Counted from the stretch's first letter, positions 1 through 10,008 are shown. The stretch is DNA of 64,000 nucleotides from Peptococcia bacterium (GCA_050951605.1 JBMNJJ010000009.1:409730-473729); one strand, 5' to 3'. A program made the numbers and translations. Notes: generated by a model not told the origin, from the sequence alone.

Positions 1-711
1 CTTTTAAGCAATTATATGGCAGGTCGTGATGCTAACTTGGGTGAGTGTGCTCAACCGTGTCGCTGGAATTATGCTTTAGTTGAGGAAAAACGTCCCGGTC
101 AAGTATATCCTATTTTTGAGGATGAGCGAGGTTCCTATATATTTAATTCGCAAGATCTATGTTTAATTAGACATTTACCGGAATTAATTAATTCCGGTGT
201 AGATAGTTTAAAAATTGAAGGACGGATGAAAAGTGTTCATTATGTGGCGACAGTGGTTCAAGCTTATCGGAAGGCTCTTGATGCTTATTATGCTGATCCT
301 GCCGGATATGTATTTGCGGAGCAGTGGTACGATGAAATTTTAAAAGTGAGCCATCGTGATTATACAACAGGTTTTCTTTTTGGTAAGCCTCAGGCAGAGG
401 CACAGAATTATGAGACTTCTTCGTATTTACGCTATTATGACTTTGTAGGGCTTGTACTTGATTATGATGAGGATACGGGGATGGCTACGGTGGAACAGCG
501 CAATAATTTTAGGGTGGGGGATGAATTAGAAATTACTGGTCCACAAACAGAGCTTTTTAATCAGAAAGTGGGGGTAATGAGAGATGAGGATGGACGGCAA
601 ATTAGGGTGGCTCCACATCCTCAGCAGGTTGTTCGGTTAAAAGTTGATAAACCAGTCAGACCATGGGATTTAATAAGAAGGGCAAAAAACATTGGGGGGA
701 AAAACTTATGA
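1..711 (+). CDS. U32-family peptidase, C-terminal part (5' end lies outside the window)
   Basis: The frame is open from nt 1. The translation ...GECAQPCRWNYALVEE...SQDLCLIRHLPELINSGVDSLKIEGRMKS... matches the conserved core of U32 collagenase-like peptidases. Confidence 0.7.
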   Translation, partial: LLSNYMAGRDANLGECAQPCRWNYALVEEKRPGQVYPIFEDERGSYIFNSQDLCLIRHLPELINSGVDSLKIEGRMKSVHYVATVVQAYRKALDAYYADPAGYVFAEQWYDEILKVSHRDYTTGFLFGKPQAEAQNYETSSYLRYYDFVGLVLDYDEDTGMATVEQRNNFRVGDELEITGPQTELFNQKVGVMRDEDGRQIRVAPHPQQVVRLKVDKPVRPWDLIRRAKNIGGKNL

Positions 712-1265
712 AGTTTTCAATGCGAATGGAGATAAATTATTATCAGCAAAATGAGGCTTCTTTAATCTTGGATAGCGATAATTCTGCTCAAGCAGAATCG
801 TTTGGTGAAATCTTATTATTTTGCTGTTTTACATTAAGATTATTAGTGAAATTTGGACAATCTAACGCCGGATATGCTCTCGCGATGTCCTTATTTGAGA
901 TAAGCGAAAATTTAAAGAAAGTAAATGATGCCAATAGTTTTAATGTTCCTAAATTGGTAGAATACAATGGAAAAGCGGGACAAAAATGGTTTTCAGCTAA
1001 CTTAAAGTATGATTCAAATAATAAATTTAATTTTAAAATGCTTACAGGAGGATTTGGTTTTTTGGGAAAAGAATTAGATTTTTATGGAATAAATGCGGTA
1101 ATGCTTTTTTTAAGCTATTTAGTGGAAAATAGAAGAGATGATCAAATTTATATGATGAGATTAACTGAAATAGTAAAGAAATGTGAACAGGTTTTTATTT
1201 CTAGACAATTAACAAAGAAAAATGAAAAGAAAATGGCTTTAGTAATTGCGGGAACAACAATCTGA
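708..1265 (+). CDS. Hypothetical protein
   Basis: ORF 663..1265. The likely start is the ATG in an ATGA overlap with the upstream stop, preceded by GGGGGGAAAA. No recognisable motif. Confidence 0.45.
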   Translation: MKFSMRMEINYYQQNEASLILDSDNSAQAESFGEILLFCCFTLRLLVKFGQSNAGYALAMSLFEISENLKKVNDANSFNVPKLVEYNGKAGQKWFSANLKYDSNNKFNFKMLTGGFGFLGKELDFYGINAVMLFLSYLVENRRDDQIYMMRLTEIVKKCEQVFISRQLTKKNEKKMALVIAGTTI

Positions 1266-1332
1266 TTATAATATTAAGGATTAATTAATTATCATAATTA
1301 AATGTAGAATTTTTTGAAAGGAGATAATATCG

Positions 1333-1737
1333 ATGCCCTTTAAATATGACCATAATTGCTTTGCTTGTGGGGAACAGAACCCAGGTGGATTAAAGTTGAA
1401 GTTTACTCAGGAAGGTAATGTTATTAGTACTATTTTTACACCTTCAGAAATCTATCAAGGATATCCCGGAATTTTACATGGAGGAATTACTAGTACTGTT
1501 TTTGATGAGGTGATGTCCCAATGCTTATGGGTTCTAGGGCAAGCAGCATTTACAGCTCGTCTTGAAGTGCGTTTTAGGCAGAACATTTCGATAGATAAGC
1601 CAGTCAAATTTGAGGCTTGGATCGTGAAACGGAAAGGAGCGCTTGTTGATCTAGAGTCCAAAGCTGTATTGAAAAATGGTGAAGTAGCTGCTGAAGCGAA
1701 AGGTAGATTTATGTTGATCAAGGAGATTCATGAGTAG
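1333..1737 (+). CDS. Hotdog-fold (PaaI-type) acyl-CoA thioesterase
   Basis: RBS GAAAGGAG upstream. The motif GILHGGITSTVFDEVM and the 134-aa size are typical of PaaI/4HBT thioesterases. Confidence 0.65.
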   Translation: MPFKYDHNCFACGEQNPGGLKLKFTQEGNVISTIFTPSEIYQGYPGILHGGITSTVFDEVMSQCLWVLGQAAFTARLEVRFRQNISIDKPVKFEAWIVKRKGALVDLESKAVLKNGEVAAEAKGRFMLIKEIHE

Positions 1738-1766
1738 TGAGATTTATTGCATAGGGGCTGAGGTTT

Positions 1767-2528
1767 ATGAAAGTTATTCATCGTAATGCACGACCTTTTT
1801 TTTATGAAGGAAATAAGGAGATAAGTTGTCTTTTAATCCATGGTTTTACAGGTTCACCGGCTGATATGAGACCTTTAGGTGCTTATTTACAGAAAAAAGG
1901 TTATGGAGTTTCGGGTATACTTCTACCCGGGCATGGAACAATACCACGGGACTTAGCTCAAACAGATTGGGCACAGTGGTATAAAGCTGTAGAAGATGAA
2001 TATCTTAGATTGCGGAAAAGGTATAAATTAATTATTCCCATGGGTTTGTCCCTGGGAGGAATTCTAGCACTTTATTTATCTGTTAAACATGAAGTCAAAG
2101 GTTTAGTTTCTCTTAGCGCACCTGTTTTTTTTAGGGATGAAAGAGCCTATGATGTAGTTGAAACTGACTTGGAGTATTTTAGCAAGAATCGCACCGCTGA
2201 AGAAAAGAAACGCAACTTAGCTAAAGGGCGTTTCTCTTATGGGGAAATACCGATTGCGGCGTTCGCTTCCCTGATAGAATTTATTGATATGGTGAAGGAA
2301 GAATTAGGTGAAATTAAGGCACCTGCTTTGTTGTTTCAGTCTCAAGATGATCCTCTTGTTAATCCGCAAAGTGCTCAGTATCTTTACGACCGTTTAGGTA
2401 GTATGCAAAAGAAGCTGGTTTGGCTGGAAAAATCGAAACATGTTATTACTTTAGGGGCAGAACGTCAGCAAGTATTTGAAGCCATAGAGTTTTTTCTAGA
2501 AGGAGTTTGTCTCAATACAAAACTATAA
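1767..2528 (+). CDS. Alpha/beta-hydrolase carboxylesterase (Est/YvaK-like)
   Basis: LLIHGFTGSPADMRPLG...PGHG and the nucleophile elbow GLSLGG; 253 aa. Confidence 0.75.
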   Translation: MKVIHRNARPFFYEGNKEISCLLIHGFTGSPADMRPLGAYLQKKGYGVSGILLPGHGTIPRDLAQTDWAQWYKAVEDEYLRLRKRYKLIIPMGLSLGGILALYLSVKHEVKGLVSLSAPVFFRDERAYDVVETDLEYFSKNRTAEEKKRNLAKGRFSYGEIPIAAFASLIEFIDMVKEELGEIKAPALLFQSQDDPLVNPQSAQYLYDRLGSMQKKLVWLEKSKHVITLGAERQQVFEAIEFFLEGVCLNTKL

Positions 2529-2540
2529 TAATTGATTACG

Positions 2541-2632
2541 CACGTTATAACTATGCCTTTCCGACAGGATACGAAGAAGTGGAAAATATTTTAGAAGGCA
2601 ATCCTCTTCAGATAGCACATAACATTATTTAG
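2541..2632 (+). pseudogene. Orphan 3' fragment of a lipoprotein gene (copy of the 3' end of 33016..33915)
   Basis: Near-identical to 33824..33915. It encodes only ...YNYAFPTGYEEVENILEGNPLQIAHNII* and has no upstream coding part. It marks the left edge of repeat copy A. Confidence 0.8.
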
Positions 2633-2993
2633 CCATACCCAGAATTACACCTGATATAAAAGGAATTAACCAAATAAACCAGACGAAAATACTAAATTTG
2701 TGAAAATTAAATTTTGCTTTTTCATCATGCTTAATTAAAACAATCGTTGCCCAAAGTGCATGAAAAAGCATTAAAAGTATTGCGAGTAAACCTGTTATAC
2801 CATGGAAATTTAATTTAAATCCTCCCTGAGCTATTTTGCTCATAATTGTTGTGCCGGTAGTATCAAATAATAATCCTATCCAAAAAACATATAGATGCCA
2901 ATTTTTTAGTTTTCCTTGGAATTTTTCACTCCACACTCCTGCCGTGTAAAATACTAAAGCCAAGGTAATAAAGATTACTGCATAAAAAAACAT
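2625..2993 (-). CDS. Small 4-TM integral membrane protein (resembles the TIGR03987/HsmA-like family)
   Basis: ORF 2625..3041; the likely start is MFFYAVIF. Hydrophobic helices with conserved His residues (NFHGITGLLAILLMLFHALW). This is the intact copy; the copy B counterpart is truncated. Confidence 0.55.
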   Translation of the reverse strand: MFFYAVIFITLALVFYTAGVWSEKFQGKLKNWHLYVFWIGLLFDTTGTTIMSKIAQGGFKLNFHGITGLLAILLMLFHALWATIVLIKHDEKAKFNFHKFSIFVWFIWLIPFISGVILGMAK

Positions 2994-3167
2994 ATGCTTA
3001 CAGCTCCTAAAGGGGGTTTTTCGTATTATTATTGTTCTCAAAACGGAGATTATAATAAATAATTTTAAGGAGTATTTGCGAAAAAAAGTAGCCTTTTTGC
3101 TACTTGAGAAAAAATTTCATCTTTAGAACCAATTTGTTTGATTTTAAACCGAGGAGAGGAGTTTATT

Positions 3168-3861
3168 ATGAAAAGTGAAGTAATAGAAAGTTGGAAGATA
3201 AAAGGGGCTATCTTTGATTTGGATGGGGTACTTATAGATTCTATGGGAGTGTGGAAAAACCTTGATAAAGACTTTTTGCAAAAGAGAGGGTTTGCGGTTC
3301 CACAGGATATAGATAAGGTGGTTAAAAGCTTGAGTTTTCAGGATGCTGCCGTGTATTTCAAAGAAAAATTCCACCTTTCCCAAACTATTGCAGAAATAAT
3401 GGAAGAGTGGAATAAGATGGTTTTTGACGAATATGCATTTCGCATTGAATTGAAACCGGAGAGTCAGGGAATACCTGCTATATCTTGAAACACAGGGTAT
3501 AAAGATAGGGCTGGCAACGAGTAACACAAGAAAACTGACAGAAGTTGTTCTAAGAAATAACGGTGTATATGACTATTTTGAGGTGATCAAAACGGGGGAT
3601 GAGGTTGAAAGAGATAAAAATTTCCCCGATATCTATTTGCTCTGTGCGGAAGAACTACAGTTGGAACCTGAGCAATGTGTTGTGTTTGAGGATATCTTGC
3701 CGGGGATATTAAGTGCTAAGGCTGCCGGAATGAGGACGGTAGGGGTTTATGACCAGTACTCAAAACATGAATGGGCAGGAATTAAAGCGCATGCCGCTTT
3801 ATGTATCTTAAGTTTTGAAGAATTGACAGGGAGAGGGATAACCGAAGTTTGTCAAAAATAG
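3168..3861 (+). pseudogene. HAD-superfamily hydrolase (beta-phosphoglucomutase-like), frameshifted copy A
   Basis: Two ORFs (3138..3488 and 3583..3861) together align with the intact paralogue 34224..34916. Copy A reads ccggagagtcaggg where copy B reads ccgggagtcaggg (+1 nt near 3457-3465). DLDG motif present. Confidence 0.8.
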
Positions 3862-4064
3862 TTTTATGGTTTTTTGCACTTCACACTATTGTGGAGTGTT
3901 TTTTTGTATGCGGAAAGTGGTAATGATTAAAGGAATTAGTATTTTCTTATAGAATGTTCTATATAATTTCATTTTTTTAATTATTAACACAATAATTACT
4001 AGTAGGGGTTGTTTATTGGCAAGATGGGATAGGAATTTAAAAAAGGGGGAGTGGGAGGTCAGAA

Positions 4065-5468
4065 ATGAAAAACATGAAAAAGATTGGCATTATTGCCATA
4101 TGTTTTGTTTTATTGGGAACAGGTATTATGCTTTATAAGCATTCATCAAATGAGGCGCCGGTGGTAAGTATAGAAGGGAACAATCTTCAGGAACCGGTAG
4201 AGGGAGATAATCTTGCGGAAATAGAGCCGGAGGGTGATTTGCTTGATGCGGATGAGGAATTGCCTGATATGGAAGATAAATCCTTGGATGAGGAGGCAAG
4301 TTTATCTGGTACAAATGAGAATGACGAGAGTAGGGAAGATGAGAAAAACCATAGTTCCCATGCTGTACAAGAGCTAGTTACCGATTATCACCTTCCTGGG
4401 ATAAAGGATTTGCTTAAAGTAATTGCTAAAAGTGATATTGCGCAAGATGGTACTGTTACGCTCACGGCTGATATTAAGTGTTTGTTTAATCAAATGGGAA
4501 GAGATTATCAATTCACCTATTTACCTGAGGTAGATTGGTATAACTTTGAGTCAGTAGGGGCCGGTTTGTATTATATACTTCGCACTGCAGGGGAGGACTC
4601 TTTAAAGGGAATGCCCCAGAATGAAGTCGAAGCAAGATTACGTAAAGTTTTTGCTGCACCTAATAATGAATATCCACCCATTAAGCATCAGACTTATAGT
4701 GATTTTGTGATGTTAGATGGTGAAATATATAGTTTTTGGCCCGTAGGTCTTATGGGTTATACCAGTATTTATGAATTAACAAATTTAAGTATGCGAAAAG
4801 AGGGGGATTATACATATTACACAGCTTTTGTTAATGAATATTTGTTTGATCTCGATGGTAATTATCCATCCGGAAAAAATGAGACTTTTTTATTTGATAA
4901 GGCAGAAGTTTTAGGGTATTCTCCCCGTGCTACTTTAGAATATTTATTAATAACCGAAGAAATCAGAGAGGCAGATAAAAAAGAAATTTATAAGATAGAA
5001 TTCCGTGTTGAGGGGGATAGTATTATCCCTGTGATTATTTCTGTTAGGTGTGGCGAGTATGGGAACCCTAATTCAATTGTGTATGACAATACTGAATATG
5101 GTTTTACATTTTTTTTACCGGAAAGTTGGCCAGGTTATACAGTTATAACTGGTCAATGGGAAAAATCTGTTCCGAAAGGTTCAGCAGATGAGAAAATGAT
5201 GAAAAAAGGTCCGCAAATATTTATTAGACATCCTCGTTGGACTTCTGAAGACCCACGCCAGGATATTCCGATTATGATTTTTTCTCATAGTCAATGGGAT
5301 TTACTACAGCAGACATTGCCTACTTGGTCAAGGGTACTCGCTCATAATGCCCAATACGTTTTTGTAACCTCCTATAGTCGTTATCAAGATTCATATCTGC
5401 CGGGATGTGATGAAGTAGAAAGTATTTTAAACGGGAAACCTCTTCAGGTTAAGGAAAAACAAACATAA
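4065..5468 (+). CDS. Secreted or membrane-anchored protein with an acidic linker; C-terminal domain shared with lipoprotein 33016..33915
   Basis: N-terminal signal/anchor MKKIGIIAICFVLLGTG followed by a D/E-rich linker. The C-terminus YDNTEYGFTFFLPESW...IRHPRWTSEDPRQDIPIMIF is paralogous to 33016..33915. Confidence 0.7.
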   Translation: MKNMKKIGIIAICFVLLGTGIMLYKHSSNEAPVVSIEGNNLQEPVEGDNLAEIEPEGDLLDADEELPDMEDKSLDEEASLSGTNENDESREDEKNHSSHAVQELVTDYHLPGIKDLLKVIAKSDIAQDGTVTLTADIKCLFNQMGRDYQFTYLPEVDWYNFESVGAGLYYILRTAGEDSLKGMPQNEVEARLRKVFAAPNNEYPPIKHQTYSDFVMLDGEIYSFWPVGLMGYTSIYELTNLSMRKEGDYTYYTAFVNEYLFDLDGNYPSGKNETFLFDKAEVLGYSPRATLEYLLITEEIREADKKEIYKIEFRVEGDSIIPVIISVRCGEYGNPNSIVYDNTEYGFTFFLPESWPGYTVITGQWEKSVPKGSADEKMMKKGPQIFIRHPRWTSEDPRQDIPIMIFSHSQWDLLQQTLPTWSRVLAHNAQYVFVTSYSRYQDSYLPGCDEVESILNGKPLQVKEKQT

Positions 5469-5516
5469 TGCTGAGGATTAACGTTAACAAAATAAAAACC
5501 AAAATGGGGGTTAGAA

Positions 5517-6722
5517 ATGAAAAAGATTGGTATTATTGCTTTATGTTTTGTTTTATTAGGAACTGGTGTTTTTCTTTATAAGCATTCATCAAATGAGGAG
5601 CCGGTGGTAAGTATAGAAGGGAACAATCTTCAGGAACCGGTAGAGGGAGATAACCTTGCGGAAATAGAGCCGGAGGGTGATTTGCTTGATACGGATGAGG
5701 AAGAAGATCTGTCCGATACAAATGAGAATGACGAGAAAAAAGAAGAGGAAAGCGTTGTAGATACAGGTAATAGTACTGTCATTCAAGCTGCGGAAAGATA
5801 TTTAGCTCCGGAGTTGGATTGGAGTGCAGAATATAGCAGTACACCTATTTATGGTCTTTATTCTATAATTCTTAGCAGAACACGTGACTTTAATGACAGT
5901 ATAGAAGAGATTTTATCCGAAATAGAATATGAACGTGAAGAGGCGCGATCTTTAAAGCCGGATGAGGCATTAATGTCTTTAATTGAAACTGAACCGCTTT
6001 TTGCACAAATCAAAAGTAAAACTAACACAATGTATTCACTATATTCTTTAGACGGTAAAATTGGTGAATATTACGGAAAGTATACACAACAGCTTCTCGA
6101 ACATTTTGTAGATTATATTATTTTTGACGAGGATGCTCCTGATGGCTTTTTTATCAGTGGTACACAAAATCATATGCCACAACCGGTTAAGGTGTTTGTT
6201 AATTGTAAGCTTAGTGCAAAGGAAAGAGACTTGGAAATTCGAAAATTGCGGGAGTTTGATGAGGAAAAACTGCTCGAAGTGGGGAGACAATTAATTGGTG
6301 AGGAGAGGGAAGTTATTATTGCTCAATATCTGGAATGTGATTTAAACAATGACCAAAAAGTGGAAAAAATTGTTAACTATAATAATTTTATTTCAGATCC
6401 GGATGTTGACGAATATTTAATAGGCGACCAACCGAAAAACAGTTGGCAAGAAAAATATTATTCCATCCTGGTAATTTTAGATGACCACTATCAACCTCTA
6501 GGTTTTATCCAAAACATGCCGGATTTTTCGGGGATTGATAATCTCCAGGCATATGAGATCGGACGGACAGCAGTTCAATATCTTGTGGATATCGATAATG
6601 ATAATCAAATGGAGATTATTAGTTTTAGACGCGGTTGGGAATATGACGACTATCTTTTTAGCAAATTTACTGCAGATAAGGTAGAGAGTTATTATCAAAG
6701 ATATTTTTGGATTTTCTATTAA
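5517..6722 (+). CDS. Secreted or membrane-anchored protein; N-terminal module near-identical to 4065..5468 but with a different C-terminal domain
   Basis: Roughly the first 60 aa (MKKIGIIALCFVLLGTG...SIEGNNLQEPVEGDNLAEIEPEGDLLD) are almost identical to the upstream gene. The rest is unrelated. Confidence 0.7.
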   Translation: MKKIGIIALCFVLLGTGVFLYKHSSNEEPVVSIEGNNLQEPVEGDNLAEIEPEGDLLDTDEEEDLSDTNENDEKKEEESVVDTGNSTVIQAAERYLAPELDWSAEYSSTPIYGLYSIILSRTRDFNDSIEEILSEIEYEREEARSLKPDEALMSLIETEPLFAQIKSKTNTMYSLYSLDGKIGEYYGKYTQQLLEHFVDYIIFDEDAPDGFFISGTQNHMPQPVKVFVNCKLSAKERDLEIRKLREFDEEKLLEVGRQLIGEEREVIIAQYLECDLNNDQKVEKIVNYNNFISDPDVDEYLIGDQPKNSWQEKYYSILVILDDHYQPLGFIQNMPDFSGIDNLQAYEIGRTAVQYLVDIDNDNQMEIISFRRGWEYDDYLFSKFTADKVESYYQRYFWIFY

Positions 6723-6920
6723 GAAACATCTATACTCCTGACGGTTTTGCTTTTAATGTTCACTAAATTTAAGTAAAATTTTTAATAGGGGTTGTTTGGG
6801 TTTTTTATGGTTTTATTAATTTTGTTAGTTCTGAATTTGTCGTGACTAATAAAGGAGTATTAGTTAAAACAGGATTAATTAAAAGAGATACTTTAGAAAC
6901 ACTTTTTTCGAAAAAGCTGT

Positions 6921-7968
6921 TTAGACAAAGTATTCAATTTCTGCCTCGGGGAGATATTTATCTGTTAATTGCAGAAAGAAGGCTTTTAATTCCTTCATTT
7001 CCTCCGGTGGGTAGATATATTTGCCATATCCGAATTGACCGTATTTATATTTACGCTTGCTTTCTTCCAATGGTAATTTAGTTTGGGGAAAGACTTTCAG
7101 GATGTGGGATTTGGCTCTAGGGGTAAAACGATGTGTAATAAATTCAAGAGAAAGCTTTTCCGGAAATCGGTTTTCTGAAATGGTTGGGGTTAGTAGCTTC
7201 TCTAATGAAATAAATAACTTAGTATATTCCTCTTGCCAGTTCTCGAACTTAAAGAGAGGGGCAATGATAAACCCCAACGGGATACCCGGCTTGTAAAACT
7301 TTTCTGGCCGCTAAGATTCTTTCTTTTGCAGAAGGTGTCCCATGCTCGAACTTTTTTATTATTTCTTCACAATTTAGGCTAAATCGGAATCTTGTATGAC
7401 CATGATGATTAGCGTCTAAAAGACTTTCTACTTCAGTAAACTTAGTCACAAAGCGAAAGCGCCCTTGAGGTTGCTTTCCAAAGAAATTAATTGTTTTCTT
7501 TAGACTACCGGTATATCTTTCAACCGGTAGGGGATCTGAGGTGGCCGCTCCTTCGAAAACGGTTATTTCCGGTAAGCGCTTTTTGATGATGTCTTGAGTT
7601 AACCCCAGAATTTCTTCAATATTAACATAGATACGCACGTAGGGTTTTGGTCCTAATGTTGTTGCTAAATAACAATATTCGCACATGCCGGGACAACTTG
7701 TTGCCAATGGTAACTGGTAGTGAGCTGATGGTTTACAGGTTTGAAAGGTTTTACTGCGTCTAACTCCTATGACCAGTGTTTTTTTAGCTTTTTGATATAA
7801 TTCCACGGGTGTATTCCCGGTTATTCCGGTTACTCTATTATGTGAAGTTGTTGCTTGTACCGGAATATTTATCTGTCGAAAATAGTCTACCAAATTCTCG
7901 CCTAAGGGGTAATCTAGGGCTTGAGGTTCATAAAATACTTGGTGTGGTGTAAAGGTCAATTTCATCAC
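6921..7968 (-). pseudogene. splB: Spore photoproduct lyase, frameshifted copy A
   Basis: ORFs 7249..7968 and 6921..7277 together align with the intact 34929..35966. Radical-SAM motif CPGMCEYCY present. There is an extra G (caacgggatacc versus caacggatacc) near 7279-7281. The upstream promoter region is replaced by the island, with vapC ending 35 nt away. Confidence 0.85.
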
Positions 7969-7987
7969 CTCTAACTGTAGGGTGCCC
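6921..7987 (+). repeat. Direct repeat segment 2 (splB), copy A (matches 34929..35994)
   Basis: Collinear and near-identical. In copy B it follows segment 1 within about 5 nt; in copy A it is separated from segment 1 by 3.05 kb. Confidence 0.85.
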
Positions 7988-8002
7988 TAAATGTTTAAGA
8001 AG

Positions 8003-8404
8003 TTATTCAGTCCAATTTTGCAGACTCAATTTGGGAATTCTATTAAATTCTTTAGTATTGTTAGTGACTAAAACAAGATTTTCAGAGAGGGCATGGGCTG
8101 CAATTAATAAGTCATAAGCTCCAATGATTTGCCCTCTTTTCTCAAGGTTAGCACGTATTTCTCCATATAAAGACATAGCTTTATCTGTAAAAGGGAGGAT
8201 TTCAATTGGAGTCAAAAAATTTAACAAGGCGACCTTATTTCTCTTTTGTTGTTGACTTTTATATACACCATATTGCAGTTCGGCAAAAGTGATTGCTGAA
8301 ATACAGACATCGCCTACATTAAGTGCTTGAAAAGTTTGCAAAACTTTTCCCGGTTTCTTTTTAATAATATAAATACAGATATTCGTATCCAACATATATT
8401 TCAT
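8003..8404 (-). CDS. vapC: PIN-domain toxin VapC
   Basis: MKYMLDTNICIY... has the acidic PIN residues. The ATG sits 1 nt after the vapB stop (TAAAATG). Confidence 0.85.
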   Translation of the reverse strand: MKYMLDTNICIYIIKKKPGKVLQTFQALNVGDVCISAITFAELQYGVYKSQQQKRNKVALLNFLTPIEILPFTDKAMSLYGEIRANLEKRGQIIGAYDLLIAAHALSENLVLVTNNTKEFNRIPKLSLQNWTE

Positions 8405-8405
8405 T

Positions 8406-8633
8406 TTATAATTCATCCCGTTCTTCAATTTCCGGTTGATTTCTATCTGCTAAAAAGTCATCAGTAAAATAATTTGCCCCGGACTCAAGGACTTTCCAAG
8501 CACTATCTTTGGGAATCAAAAGAACGACATCATTAATTTTTTTGATATATACCTCGGAACCTTCCAGACGATATTCTTTAGGCAAGCGAACAGCTTGACT
8601 TCTACCATTCATAAAGATTTTAGCTGTATCCAA
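8406..8633 (-). CDS. vapB: AbrB/SpoVT-fold antitoxin VapB
   Basis: (M)DTAKIFMNGRSQAVRLPKEYRLEG... The probable start is TTG, 7 nt after GGAGG; the long upstream part of ORF 8406..8786 is not coding. Confidence 0.8.
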   Translation of the reverse strand: MDTAKIFMNGRSQAVRLPKEYRLEGSEVYIKKINDVVLLIPKDSAWKVLESGANYFTDDFLADRNQPEIEERDEL

Positions 8634-8846
8634 AATGTGCACCTCCGATAAAATGATATATATCATAGTATATATCATTGTTGCATAAAAGCAATCGTAG
8701 ATTATTTTTATTTTATAAAACAACAGGGAAAAGCAAAAGCAGGGGGTAAGATTTAAATACTTGCATAAGTGAGTTGTATAAGGCATTATAGGTTATTAGT
8801 ATATCAATACTTTTGACACTACGAGTAAAAAGCGGAGGGATGTTTC

Positions 8847-9281
8847 ATGAAAATTAATTTTACAAAAAAGGAATATTGTATTCTTGTTGAAATGATTAGT
8901 GTGGCTAATTGGATCATACTAAATGAGGCAAAAAAAGAAGATGATAACCAATATGAGAGATTAGAACAAAAGTTACTATCTTTTGCTAAGAATTTTGGGT
9001 TTGAGGAAAATGTCATTTATGACCGGGAACTGGGTAAATATTTTACTACAGCGGATTTTGAAGAAAATAAAACGTTAAAACATATAGAGAAATATGAGGA
9101 TGGCTTTTTTTGGGATGAATTAAGTTATAGACTGGCTGTTCGCGATTTATGGGAAGAATTCGGTGAAGAAAAGATTCGACAGATGGATATTGATGAGAGA
9201 TTTGGCAGGATTTGCAGGGCTGAGGAAAAATATAATGAGGAATTTGAAAATAATGGACTTGAAAATCTTAAAATAGATTAA
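8847..9281 (+). CDS. Hypothetical acidic cytoplasmic protein
   Basis: RBS GGAGGGA upstream. 144 aa, D/E-rich, no recognisable motif. Confidence 0.5.
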   Translation: MKINFTKKEYCILVEMISVANWIILNEAKKEDDNQYERLEQKLLSFAKNFGFEENVIYDRELGKYFTTADFEENKTLKHIEKYEDGFFWDELSYRLAVRDLWEEFGEEKIRQMDIDERFGRICRAEEKYNEEFENNGLENLKID

Positions 9282-9398
9282 GTTTTTTGCAATTTAATTT
9301 TTACTTAAAGGTCTATAATGAAAATTAAATTATGGCATAATCATTTTAAACGTTAAAATGAAAAATATAAGTGGTTATCAAAGGGAGATACCGGAAAG

Positions 9399-9911
9399 AT
9401 GAATACAGGAAAGAAAAAGAAGCAACCAGTTTTGAAAATGCCACTTACAAGTTGGGAAAAGAGCCTTGAGGTGACCTCAATATTAGGGGTGTTATTACTT
9501 TTTTCGTTGGTATTTACCTCATGGGAAAGCTTACCGGAAAAAATACCAAGACATTTTGGTTTTGCCGGTACTCCGGATGCGTGGGGCAGCAAAAACTTTT
9601 TAATGTTTCTCCCTATAATGGCGTTGTTGTTGTATTTGTTATTAACAATTGCCACTAAGTACCCTCATACTTTTAATTATCCTTATAAAATTAATGAGCA
9701 AAACGCACAAGTGCAATATAAATATGCTCGATATCTGTTGGCTATTTTAAAGGCTGAAATAATTTGGTCGTTTTTTTATATTGAATGGGTAACGATACAA
9801 GTTGCCCTCGGGAAAGCAAAAGGCTTGGGTAGTATGTTTTTACCAATCTTCCTGGTAATCCTCTTTGGAACTATTGGGATTTATTTATATAAGGCTAGGA
9901 AAGGAAGATAG
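9399..9911 (+). CDS. DUF1648-type membrane protein (SdpI N-terminal-like)
   Basis: The motif LPEKIPRHFGFAGTPDAWGSKN follows the first TM helix; 4 predicted TM helices. Confidence 0.6.
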   Translation: MNTGKKKKQPVLKMPLTSWEKSLEVTSILGVLLLFSLVFTSWESLPEKIPRHFGFAGTPDAWGSKNFLMFLPIMALLLYLLLTIATKYPHTFNYPYKINEQNAQVQYKYARYLLAILKAEIIWSFFYIEWVTIQVALGKAKGLGSMFLPIFLVILFGTIGIYLYKARKGR

Positions 9912-9979
9912 GTTTTTATATGGAACGATAATTATTCGGATTATTTTTTTATGATACGTATAGAGTGAAAATGAGGAAA

Positions 9980-10008
9980 AGGGCACTTCGCATGGAAGTG
10001 CCTTTTGG
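9980..10008 (+). terminator. Rho-independent terminator
   Basis: GGCACTTC-gcat-GAAGTGCC followed by TTTT. Confidence 0.6.

Larger units (their letters stand above)
2541..3868 (+). repeat. Direct repeat segment 1, copy A (matches 33824..34923)
   Basis: Near-identical by eye with scattered substitutions and indels. Copy B lacks the central part of the membrane gene. Confidence 0.85.

Noticed and set aside
188-403. Antisense or overlapping ORFs of 60-140 aa listed in the ORF track, for example 188..403, 1455..1721, 3144..3527, 16184..16531, 16258..16458, 17006..17257, 22577..22759, 23491..23721, 23991..24299, 24142..24369, 24524..24754, 25210..25494, 26832..27086, 32279..32506, 34275..34706, 38966..39250, 42042..42230, 44235..44462, 45614..45820, 46913..47200, 50370..50594, 56117..56437, 60099..60677 and 62209..62484.
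   Set aside because: Each lies inside, and out of frame with or antisense to, a long ORF with clear family motifs. They lack an RBS and have odd, low-complexity composition.
4126-4314. Antisense 62-aa ORFs conserved between 4126..4314 and 5533..5721.
   Set aside because: Their conservation simply reflects the near-identical N-terminal modules of the two sense-strand paralogues. It is not independent coding evidence.
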